DNA of 16,037 nucleotides from Octopus sinensis (taxonomy: Eukaryota), in the NCBI RefSeq assembly GCF_006345805.1, contig NW_021825296.1:1-16037 (forward strand), written 5' to 3'. Shown piece after piece: positions 1-10,029 of the stretch. Both the position numbers and the translations under genes were made by a program. The notes below the pieces were generated by a model. It was not told the origin of the DNA, did not search any database, and saw nothing but the letters and a program-made list of their open reading frames with translations. Each line of letters begins with the position of its first letter. Within the stretch, counting starts at the first letter, position 1.

Positions 1-153
1 TAATTGTTACTAAATATGACTAGGTGTTTAAACACTACATTGCTAGGAATAAGAGCTAAAAAGCCCTATTGTTGTAATTAAAGTACATAATTATACACAC
101 ATGCACTGGCAGGGGCTGTAATCACCTGAAAAAAATATATATGTATGTATGTA

Positions 154-532
154 CACTACCGTCAGAAATTAATTAGCACCCTTGATTTGCTCTTCACTCA
201 AGGTATGTGCTGTCACCTAGTGGCCATATCTCGAACATTGCTTTGTTGCGAGTCACTGTTGCGCAGAACGATGACGTGAAACTTTGTTTGCAGAGCAGTT
301 GAGAGTCTACAGCCTTATGATGTTGACATAGCAGTGCAACAACAAATTGGAGTGCGGATGCAGACAAATCTTCCTTTGTTTATTAGATATAGGTAGCGCC
401 TCGCAAGGACCGAAATCACACCGTACTAAGTTTTCTCATCGCGTAAGACGTTTTGAACAGCTCATAGGTTAATTGATTTAACCTATTTAATGTAGAAATT
501 TGAGAAGTGCTAATTAATTTCTGACGCAAGTG
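154..532. mobile_element. Tc1/mariner-type MITE (non-autonomous DNA transposon), 379 bp
   Basis: 26-bp terminal inverted repeats CACTACCGTCAGAAATTAATTAGCAC (154-179) and GTGCTAATTAATTTCTGACGCAAGTG (507-532), 24/26 complementary. TA on both sides (152-153, 533-534) fits a TA target duplication. No internal ORF. Confidence 0.8.
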
Positions 533-548
533 TATATATGTATGTATA

Positions 549-561
549 TGTGTGTGTGTGT

Positions 562-606
<45 letters not shown>
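549..606. repeat. (GT)n microsatellite
   Basis: Direct reading; one interruption near 562. Confidence 0.95.
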
Positions 607-607
<1 letters not shown>

Positions 608-769
608 TGCCGTTACGTTCTGAGTTCGAATTCCGCCGAGGTCGACTTTACCTTTCCTCCTTTCGGGGTTCGTAAATTAAGTACCTGTTTCGTACTGTGG
701 TCGCTCTAATCGACTGCCCCCCCTCCCCAAAAATTTCAGGCCTTGTGTCTAAAGTAAAAAAAAAAAAAA
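605..769 (+). mobile_element. tRNA-head SINE, family A, 5'-truncated copy with A-rich tail
   Basis: Matches copies at 14708 and 15935 (GTCTGCCGTTACGTTCTGAGTTC.AATTCCGCCGAGGTCGACTTT). B-box-like GTTCGAATTCC. Tail CCCCTCCCCAAAAATTTCAGGCCTTGTG resembles the reverse complement of 11340-11372. A14 at 756-769. Confidence 0.8.
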
Positions 770-1200
770 TACACACGTACCCACATAGAGACATAAATTC
801 ATGGTTGCATAAGTTTTAAACACGTCATCTTCAAAATATGGACACATATTTTGCTTGAGTTCAACCTTTTATTGCAACTGGGCGTCTATAGAATATAACA
901 CAATATGAATATATATTATATTGTATGATATTATATTGTAGAAAATTCATCGATTCATGGCGAAAATATTTTATGCGATGGCGTAAAACTAGGATGAGAA
1001 ATAAAGACGGGACTTGGCCGAACAATGTCGCAGAGTCGTATTGAGAAAAAACAAAGGTAAGATGTATAATGGTGTCAAGAAGGCATCTAGACACGGTGTC
1101 TAAGAATTTGGTCCCTTGAATTGAAGAACGCGTAGGTAGATTTCTCTTCGTTTAGTTAGGTCGTCAAAGATTGGTGCAGGGTTACTTTTATGAAAGTGTA

Positions 1201-1225
1201 TGTGTGTGTGTGTGTGTGTGTGTGT
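1201..1225. repeat. (TG)n microsatellite
   Basis: Direct reading. Confidence 0.9.
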
Positions 1226-1266
1226 AAGTGTGCATAAACTATTAGTTACTCATATTTGAATACTGT

Positions 1267-1601
<335 letters not shown>

Positions 1602-1603
1602 TT

Positions 1604-1609
1604 TTTATT
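1604..1609 (-). promoter_or_regulatory. AATAAA polyadenylation signal at the LINE 3' end
   Basis: Minus strand reads GCTACAATAAAAAATTATCTATCT, so the signal lies a few nt before the microsatellite junction. Confidence 0.55.
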
Positions 1610-1865
1610 GTAGCCACACAGGGCTAAACACAGAATAAAAATGGACGAAATACAATGTAGAATTTTTTCTTTTCGAGGTGGGATGGGTGGGGCAAAAAAA
1701 AAAAAAAAAAAAAAAAAACGTTTGATCAATAGGGATCTGTGGGTTGTGTGGTGTATAAAAAAAGCAATATGTATATATATATAAGGTTCACAGTTTAGGT
1801 GTAGCCTTGGAAAGAAAACCTACAAAAAAGACCAAGGTCACCTCAGACAGTTCGAAAAAGAACAC

Positions 1866-1925
1866 ATGAGTAAGTCGCCTCACTTCTCGTTGTCTCTTTT
1901 GGTTACAGATTTATGCTTAAAATAG
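1866..1925. repeat. Inverted-repeat arm 1 (ORF2 last codons, stop and start of 3'UTR), complementary to 5321-5411
   Basis: 1866-1885 vs reverse complement of 5392-5411: 18/20. 1890-1898 vs rc 5375-5383: 9/9. 1912-1925 vs rc 5321-5334: 13/14. Blocks are collinear. Confidence 0.85.
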
Positions 1926-4900
1926 TGTCGTCTTTCATACTGACCATTTTTGCCACTTTTACCCACTTTTTATTAAAACATTCGTTCGACAAAGCCTTCC
2001 TCTCTATTCTCATCCTCCTTTTCAAGTGGTACTTGAAAAAGTTGACAGAGACTGACCAGAGAGGAAGGTGTTTGTTTGCAGTCCTTCAAACGCGTCCACC
2101 ACACACATTCTTTCGCCATAGCCATCAGCGTAACGAAAACCGTTTTCCCTTCCCGTTTAAAGGAAGTGGTGGGAACAATATTCACGATAGACTCGGCCGA
2201 TAGGCGAGCCTGACCTACACGTGACAACAGCTGTTCGACGAAGGACCACAGCTCTGAAATATCTGGACACTGCACGAGTGCGTGCAGAACGGTTTCGTCG
2301 CTCTGACCGCATCTCGGGCAGGTCGGTCCGGTGATGGTTTTCGAACCGTGTCTGTAGCTCTTCTCTCGAACAGGTAGTGCGTCTCGATAGCACTGCCAAG
2401 CCAGGGATTTCTGGAAGTTATCCATAGGCCCCGGCCCGAACGTCGTCCTGAACAGGCGGGTTAGGAATTCCTCGTCGACGCCCAGGTTTGCCCCGAGTGT
2501 GTCGTCGGACCTCCCCTCCACTAGTCCTCTATAGAACGCTTTAGTCGTTTGGAAGTTGCACAAGTTTGACCCCGGTCGGCAGAGCTGCTGTAGAGCTGGC
2601 GACACTCTCGGTGCCAATCGCCCAGTTTCGGTCTCTTTTTGATCCACGTTTGCAGTTCGGTCAGTGAGACGAGCTGCGGGAAGTCGCGCCTCACAAACGG
2701 CGCCCACACCTGTTCACCGTCGTCGATGAATTTCCAGAGATGTCGCAGTCTCAGCGCATGCCTGCGCATCATCAACCACGGCATGCCCAGTCCTCCATTC
2801 AACGGATGTTGACAGCAAATGGACTTCCTCACCATCGGAACGCCACCCTTCCACAGGAAGCGGAAGAGTATGCGTTCCAGTTTGGTGATGGTGGCGTCGG
2901 GACAAGGTACGACGGTCAGGCGGTAATCGATGACGGATGCTGTGCGCGTTCGTACGCCGCCTCGCCCGGCTTTTAGAGACAGCTTTCTCTCTGCCCATGT
3001 TTGGCTGAGAGCGACCACTCTACTCGTGATCTCGTCCCAGTTCTTATCCATTTGGAGGTCCGGACTGAACCAGACCCCGAGCAATTTAACCGGTCCGTCC
3101 GTCCAGCGTCCCACTACTGAGCCGCAGTCGGACGGCATGGGCTTGCTTCTCCAGGTGCCGAGTAGCAAACCCACTGACTTTTCCGGGTTAATCTTTGCTC
3201 CCGTCACCGTTTCATATTTTCTTAGTGTCTCGCCGACCAGTTCGATGTGCTGGTAGCTCGACACTATGACGGTGACATCGTCCGCATATGCCGACACGCT
3301 CGTCCCGCAACCCAGTTCCCGTGGGATGCCCCTCAGTGTCGCCAGCTTCCGCAGTAGCGGCTCGAGAGTCAATACATACAGAAGCGCCGACAGGGGACAC
3401 CCCTGACGGACCGAACGCGTGATGTCAAACGGTTTCGACAGGTGACCGTTCACCCGAATCACCGATCGGATGCCGCTATACAAGGCAGCGATCCAACCGC
3501 GGAAGACGGGACCGAGCCAGCCGCCCTGAGGACGGCCGCCAAGTACCGATGGTCGACCCTATCGAAGGCTTTAGACTGATCCAATTTATCAGCGCCCCAC
3601 CCATGCCAGGATCCTTAACTACCCTGTCCACAATGTAGCGCATCAGATGGAGGTTGTCATGTATGGTTCTGCCCGGCACGGCGCATGTTTGCCTGCCCTG
3701 TCCCAGTTTACCAATGACAAGCGCAACCTCTCGGCTATTACTTTGGCCAAAATTTTCAAATCTGCGTTGAGCAGAGTGATGGGCCTGAAATTATCTATAA
3801 AATTCCCCTTGTTTGAGTCTTTCTTCAGCAACGTCACTGCACCTCGGCTCACGAAACGGGGATTCTCCCGTTTTGTTGCCAGTTGCAGTAGACTGATGCC
3901 AAGAGGTCGCCAAACAAGTCTGGCATTCGACAATACAGCTCGTAGGGTAAACCATCCAATCCAGGCGACTTATCCCTCGCGCAGCCCGCCATCGCATCCC
4001 ACACGTCAGCAGCTGTGATGGGACTTTCACAACACTCCGCCTCTCTGCCGAGAGCCGCGGCAGGTCGGTCAGGTAGGCACTGAAATCCATCCCTCGTTCC
4101 GACCCACCACTCGCACCAAACAGTCGAGCAAAGTGCTGTTGAAAGGCCTCACACATCCTTTCGGGTTCGAGTAAACTGCATCCCTGTTGATCTATTAGAG
4201 ACCGAATGGTTGATCTGTTGCCACGCTGCGCCTCCGCTACCCGGGCCTCTCGCGCAGCTTCAATCCCTTCGTTCCTTAAGGCACGCATTTTAGCTCTGAC
4301 GACGCAACCTTCGTGCTTGGCGTTGAGGTGTTGGTCGAGGGCCATCCTCGCAGCTAGCACGTTGGTTGCGCTGCCAGTGGTAAGTGCCTCTTCTAGTTTC
4401 TTAACTAAGTCTCCCTCTACTCTATTCGTTCTATCGCTAATTCCTTGCTAAACCTAATTGATTCCGATTTTATTGCTATTTTCAGGGCGTACCACCAGCG
4501 GTGTTAACGACCGCTCCCGTCAGCGCCCTCTTAATTAACTCGCTAATCCGGTTCCTGTAAACCTGTCGCGCTAACAGCGACGTGTTCAGTTTCCAGTAAC
4601 CGGGACCCTGCCTATGTGTTTTATCTAAGTCGAGCGTACACGTAACAAATTTGTGATCTGTGTAGCTGACTATTTTAAATTGTGGACATCCTACACTATC
4701 CCTATCCGCTGTCCTGCATAGAATTCTATCTAGATAAGATCTCGACGATCCGACGCGGTTTGTCCAGTCCACGTTGGCACGTTCGGATGGTCGAGTCGGA
4801 ACCTGTCAGACAAATGGAAACGTCTGAGCAGGTCTTTGAGGCTCTTACACCCCCTTCTATTCCTATCCCTTCCCACATAATCTAGATGCGTGTCCAAGGT

Positions 4901-5342
4901 AGCGTTCCAATCCCCTACTAACAGTAAAGGTCTAGACGTACCCAGGAAAACCTCTAGACGTCTGAAGAAATCCGCCCGACCCGTTAAGGACGGTGCATAA
5001 ACTGCCATCAGACGGAATGCACACCCATTTCTGCCATCCACGTCCAAGACAACCAGCCTACCCTCCGGGTCTAGGAATATTGCTCTTACTTTTACCTTTA
5101 GACTCTTTCGAAAAAGCACCGCAGTACCTCCACCACCCATGTTCGGCCAGACAGGGAGAAAAATAAATGTCAAATTGATTGCCAAACATGGACTCGAGGG
5201 CCCGCGGCTTACTGAGTCTGGTTTCACTGATAGCTACTATATCCACGTCCAGTGACTTGATGTCGTTTAGAAGGTAACCTTGCTTCCAAGCCGACGCCAA
5301 GCCACGCGCATTCACACAACCTAATTTAAGCATACTTGACAT
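1903..5342 (-). pseudogene. LINE ORF2: AP endonuclease + reverse transcriptase + C-terminal CCHC zinc motif; frameshifted as assembled (~1149 aa when repaired)
   Basis: APE motifs NARGL, SETRL, VYAP, GDWNA, YLDRI, TDH. RT motifs KSPGLDG, RPITLLNADLKILAK, LDQSKAFDRVDH, RQGCPLS and YADD (3277-3288). CPRCGQSDETVLHALVQC at 2267-2320. Hand-joining of ORF-track fragments needs 11 one-base additions and 1 removal and ends ...KDDTILSINL* at TAA 1903-1905. Confidence 0.93.
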
Positions 5343-5411
5343 TTACGAAAATTGTGTTTTACACACTATATTAGAAGAGACAAGAGGCAACAAGTGAGGT
5401 CACTTACTCAT
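5321..5411. repeat. Inverted-repeat arm 2 (ORF1 last codons and stop, 57-nt spacer, ORF2 start), complementary to 1866-1925
   Basis: See arm 1. Includes the ORF1 TGA (5400-5402) and both candidate ORF2 ATGs (5340-5342, 5331-5333). Confidence 0.85.
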
Positions 5412-7279
5412 TTTAAAAGTTTCATTTTTTTCTTCTTCTTCTTTTGTATCGTTTTTGATTAGGTGTTTGTATAGTTTTTTCGACAGGTATCGTTGATACC
5501 CGCCTACCGCATTCGGAAATAATGTTTTCAGTATGTGGTGTTGTGCTTGTGTTATGTGTAAAATTCTGATGTGTTTCGGTGGTGTGGTGTGCGGATGATT
5601 GTTTGTCTTAAAATCATCTCACACAGACGACCATGTTAGATTTGATGTAGTCCATTAATTCTTTATTGTCTGTGTCTATTGCAGTTAGTTGTGTGTGTGG
5701 TTTTACGGGTTCATTACTTTTTTGATTGTCTAGGGGAATGTTGTCCTGGGTGAGATATCTCCCTGCTTTAATCCTTGTTTGGTGGATTTTTTGGATCTTT
5801 TTCTTTTACCCCCTGTGGCTATTTGCCATTCCGTCGAACTTTCGTCGTCCGAGGTATCAGTATGGGGTAGAGGAAAAAGAACAGGATCACTATGTATGCT
5901 TGTATAAATTGTTGATGTTTTGTGCGGTGTTTGTGTTGTTGTGGTGTTAGGGGTAGCATTTGTCTTCTCGTCAGTGTTTTCTGTCTTTTTAATTGTCGTC
6001 CTGGGTGTGGTGTGGGTCGATTTTTTGAAGATTCAACAGTTTAATTGGTTGTGACGTCAACGGTGATTGTGTTGGTACTGTTTTTCTTGGTGATGTTGTT
6101 GGGGTTTGTTTGCTGGTTTGTTGTTTTTCTTGGCGTTGTTCCATAATTGAGTGTGTTGGTGTTGGTGTTGGCAACAAAGGGATTTTATTTGTTTTCTGAT
6201 GTTCTTTCTTGTTTTTTCTGTACCAGATCGCACTTGGCAATCAAATGTTCGGGGCTGCCACATTTGTAGCATCTAGGCTTTTTCCTTCTGCCATAACATA
6301 TAGGCATTGCCCATTCTCCAAGTATATCCTGTCGGGTAGGCTCTCGATAGAGGCCCCCTCAATCTGGATGGTCACAACTACTGTTTTTCCACCCCAATTG
6401 TCGTTTAGGTACACGGCTGTTTCTAGAATATTGATCTTTTTCAAGTGGTAACAGATTGCCCCTGTTATCCATTTGTTCGGCATATCGGGGGGTACATTTC
6501 TGATAGTAATTCTACTCACCTCTGGTTTTTAATAAGGGACCATGATGATTTCATCATTTCCCAGAGACTCAGTAGAGTGAGCTTTTGCCACTTCCTGGTT
6601 AGGGAAGCGGACCACTACTGTGTTAAACTGGGGACCCCAGTTTATATACTCTTTTTCTTTCATTATGTTTTTTAAACATTTCTCCACATCAGTTTTTGTA
6701 ATCTGTTCATTTGGTTTTTTGTTTTTTCTAATAATTTTATATACAATTGTCTTATTTTCTATTTCTTGTTTTATATGTTGAGGTGTATGCAGGACTAAAT
6801 CTTGTCCACGGGTTGTAAAGAGAGCTCTTGTCTCTATGAGCTCTTCATTTGTGAATGTTACGATTTCTTTCTTCTGGCGAAGAATGTCTGCGAAATTTAC
6901 TGATGTTGTTGACTTTTTTGTATTGGCATCTTCACTATTAGATAGTTCATTTTTATTGTTGTTCTTGTTGTTGCTGTTGTTTTTGTCAATAGTTTTCGTT
7001 TCAGTTTTATTTTTATCATTTATGTTGGTCGTGGTAGTGTTGGTGGTGGTGGTGGAGGTGGTGGTGGTAGCAGTTGTTGTCTCGTGGTTGCTGTTGTTAG
7101 TGGTGGTGGTGGCGGTGGTGACAGGGCTGTTAACGCACGTGGTTGCAGCGTTCCTTCACCGAATTTCACGCTTGCATTTTCCGTGCGAACGTTCTTTTTT
7201 TCTCTGTCGTTTCCAGACTAGGAAAATGTTGTTCCAAAAAAGAACGCGACCAGCGTTCAACAATAAAATTTCTAGACAT
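5400..7279 (-). pseudogene. LINE ORF1: gag-like nucleic-acid-binding protein with one CX2CX4HX4C knuckle; disrupted as assembled
   Basis: Hand translation: tentative ATG 7277-7279 (MSRNFIVERW); Thr/Asn-rich tract; stop-free frame 7155-6532; in-frame TAA 6529-6531; SRITIRNVPPDMP segment; frameshift into KPRCYKCGSPEHLIAKC (knuckle 6230-6271); SDDESSTEWQIATGGKRKRSKK; ends ETFKMSK* at 5400-5402. Start codon and several frame junctions are uncertain. Confidence 0.75.
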
Positions 7280-7478
7280 TTTCTAATGTCGAGAAGAAAA
7301 TAAGAGAAATGAAATGGGGTCGAAACTGCCCCTAGGGCGAATTCCTCCCTTTGCAAAGCACTCAAATGAAAGTTGGTTGCCTTACACACCTTATTTGCAA
7401 AAATCTACACAAAAATTGGCCTATAAATAGTCAAAATAAATGATTACCTTCGGAGCTGAAACGACATCACATCCGTCA

Positions 7479-7511
<33 letters not shown>

Positions 7512-7512
7512 C

Positions 7513-7586
<74 letters not shown>
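7479..7586. repeat. (GATA)n microsatellite abutting the LINE 5' end
   Basis: 108 bp (27 units), one GACA variant, same strand orientation as the 1267-1599 array. Confidence 0.97.
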
Positions 7587-7614
7587 CTCGTGACAGATTA
7601 TGACAAGATTGAGC

Positions 7615-7775
7615 CTTTGAAATACAGTTACTACTCATTTTTGCCAGCTAAGTGAACTGGAGCAATATGAGGAAAAAGCATCTTGCTTAAGGACACAACT
7701 CGCCGCCAGGAAATCGAACTCGTGACCTTACGATCGCGTGCCGAGTACCCAAACCACTAAGCCACGTGCCATCAC
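7615..7775 (-). mobile_element. tRNA-head SINE, family C (single copy in window)
   Basis: Minus strand A-box TGGCTTAGTGG (7754-7764), B-box-like GAGTTCGATTTCC (7709-7721), then TTGTGTCCTTAAGCAAGA, resembling CORE/V-type central domains. 3' boundary approximate. Confidence 0.65.
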
Positions 7776-7797
7776 ACATACACACATACATACATAA

Positions 7798-7900
7798 GAA
7801 AGGTAAAAGTTGACCTCGGCAGAATTTGAACTCGAAACTTTAGGAACCGGATATGAATACAGCTCTGCATTTCGTCTGATATTCTGACGACTCCACCGAT
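7798..7900 (-). mobile_element. SINE family A, diverged 5' part
   Basis: GAAAGGTAAAAGTTGACCTCGGCAGAATTTGAACTC and GCATTTCGTC match the reverse complement of the 14708 copy. Confidence 0.6.
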
Positions 7901-8200
7901 GCACGGATCGTCCCTCATTAAAGACAAAGAGTTAAAAAGTTAATGTCTTTGGAATGAGCTGTGATTGTGCATTTAGAATGTACCTCTTTAACCCTTTGAC
8001 TGGCAGATTTTTATATTTCATATTTTTTGGCTTTGTCAGGTGTCTTAAGAATTAAAATAATATATAGTATTTAGATTTTCTTCTTCTGTGAATTATTTTG
8101 GAAATTATGATAATTTTTTCGAATAGTGCCAAATGGGGATCGCTGAAAAAAAAGCAGATTTCTATGTCAATATGCTGAGAATAGACTTTAAATCGTCAAT

Positions 8201-8623
8201 TACTCTTTACTCTCTTTTACTCTTTTACTTGTTTCAGTCATTTGACTGCGGCCATGCTGGAGCACCGCCTTTAGTCGAGCAAATCGACCCCGGGACTTAT
8301 TCTTTGTAAGCCCAGTACTTATTCTATCGGTCTCTTTTGCCGAACCGCTAAGTGACGGGGACGTAAACACACCAGCATCGGTTGTCAAGCAATGCTAGGG
8401 GGACAAACACAGACACACAAACATATACACACACACCTATATATATATATACATATATACGACAGGCTTCTTTCAGTTCCCGTCTACCAAATCCACTCAC
8501 AAGGCATTGGTCGGCCCGGGGCTATAGCAGAAGACACTTGCCCAAGATACCACGCAGTGGGACTGAACCCGGAACCATGTGGTTGGTTAGCAAGCTACTT
8601 ACCACACAGCCACTCCTGCGCCT
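8201..8623 (-). mobile_element. tRNA-head SINE, family B, full-length, with internal microsatellite and (GAGTAAAA)-type tail
   Basis: A-box TGGCTGTGTGG (8602-8612), B-box-like GGTTCAGTCCC (8559-8569). Highly similar copies at 10379 and 14877. Short tandem tail at 8201-8229. Confidence 0.88.
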
Positions 8624-9669
8624 TACAGTATATTACCACCTTACAATATATTTCTTATCGTAATCTCTACTGAAGAGGGGGAAATCCATGGGATTATTCC
8701 CGAAATTGATTCAATATAGAGATAACGAATTAATAACAAAATTTCTGTTAGCTTTCCTTCTCGATTTCAGCACGACGTGTATTCATGGTGAATGTATATT
8801 GTAATGTGGTGATTAACGATTTAAAGTCTATTCTCAGCATTTTGGCATAGAAATCTTTTTTCTCTTGCCCTTGTTTTTAATTGTTTTTAATTTTCACCTT
8901 TAAAGGTATTTTAATATGCTGGCCACGTTAATGAATTTTTTTTGAAAAAATATTTTCCTATATATATACACACACTCTATATGCCGCCATACAAGACCCG
9001 TTTTTTTTTTTTTTTCTTTATATGTAACAAAAAATTCCCATCCGTCTAATGCGACGGTATTACGATATTTGAGGAGTGAATGATAAAACATATTAAATTT
9101 GCTTTCCTTTTTTTATTTTTTGTTTTGTTTTTTTTTACACAAAATTCTAGGGGGTTTGTCATATGCAATAACGCATCTTATATACCAGTAAATATGGCGT
9201 CTTTTTAGGAAGGTGTATCTCGCTACATTTTTGTGAGATTACCAGTGAATTTTTTTCTGCTTTGTAACTGCATGATTTGATAGAGAGAGAAAAGCAGAAC
9301 GCGGTGTATATAAACAGCATTCCTTGATATGGTATGCGCAATAATTGTGATTAATTTTAGTGTTGCTGAAAGAACCAAGGCTATTATATTCCCATCGGAT
9401 ATTGTTGTCGAAGTTTCTCTTCATGGTAGCCATGCAGGTTTGACGAGCAGTGTCTCGCTAGAAGGTGAATATGGATGACGCAAATGTGCGGCGGCAAAAT
9501 GAAGGGCGGTGGTTTTAGTAGTGGTGGTGGTGGTTTTAATAGTGGTGGTGGTGGTGGTTGTCGAGGTCGGTGGCGATGTGTCACCTTATAGATGTTTTAA
9601 AAATTGACAGTAAGCAGGTCGATAGAAGACAAGAGCGAAAATTGTAGGTGACATAAACGAGCATCAAAG

Positions 9670-9729
9670 CACACAAACACAAACAGACACACACACACAG
9701 GCACACACACACACACACACGCACACACA

Positions 9730-9760
<31 letters not shown>
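9670..9760. repeat. (CA)n-rich microsatellite
   Basis: Direct reading. Confidence 0.92.
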
Positions 9761-9824
9761 AAGCCTCACAAAACTTGAAGTTTCAGCTTAAATATGCGTG
9801 AGTTTAAGTGCAAGTATACGCATG

Positions 9825-9867
9825 TATATATATATATATATATATGCATACATCCATATCTATGTGC

Positions 9868-9902
<35 letters not shown>
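9825..9902. repeat. (TA)n microsatellite, interrupted
   Basis: Direct reading. Confidence 0.9.
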
Positions 9903-9906
<4 letters not shown>

Positions 9907-10029
9907 AATAATAATAAAGGGTAAAATTATTTAATTAATTAATTAATAATTAATAATTCCACCAAGTAGTATTCGGGATGTTAAAAAAGACCATTTTCGG
10001 TAAACTTAAACAATATTTTTTTATAATTA

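Noticed and set aside
1025-1102. Possible short exon ATGTCGCAG..CAAAG|GTAAGA and a 15-bp palindrome TAGACAC-G-GTGTCTA (1088-1102)
   Set aside because: A lone donor-like motif and one short palindrome are expected by chance in 16 kb; no downstream exon or partner was identified.
1694-1718. A25 as the poly(A) tail of a separate plus-strand retrocopy
   Set aside because: No TSD or recognisable body, and it lies within the LINE 3'UTR upstream of its AATAAA.
1913-4885. Plus-strand ORFs overlapping ORF2 (1913-2203, 2740-2976, 2930-3256, 3647-4018, 4206-4451, 4682-4885)
   Set aside because: Antisense shadows of a GC-rich coding strand with no motifs. The 1913 ORF starts MLK only because its ATG lies in the inverted-repeat arm.
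6836-7303. 155-aa hydrophobic plus-strand ORF (also 5726-5950)
   Set aside because: Antisense reading of the (ACC/AAC)-rich ORF1, which mimics a membrane protein.
7988-7997. TTAACCCTTT, resembling a piggyBac-type terminus
   Set aside because: No matching AAAGGGTTAA end found; the nearest, AAAGGGTAAA at ~9916, is imperfect and internal similarity is lacking.
9239-9586. Possible host exon (Thr-rich frame DTSPPTSTTTT..KPAWLP* on minus, or ORFs 9239-9433 and 9384-9584)
   Set aside because: Mostly (ACC)n low complexity with weak splice signals and no recognisable domain; transcript evidence would be needed.
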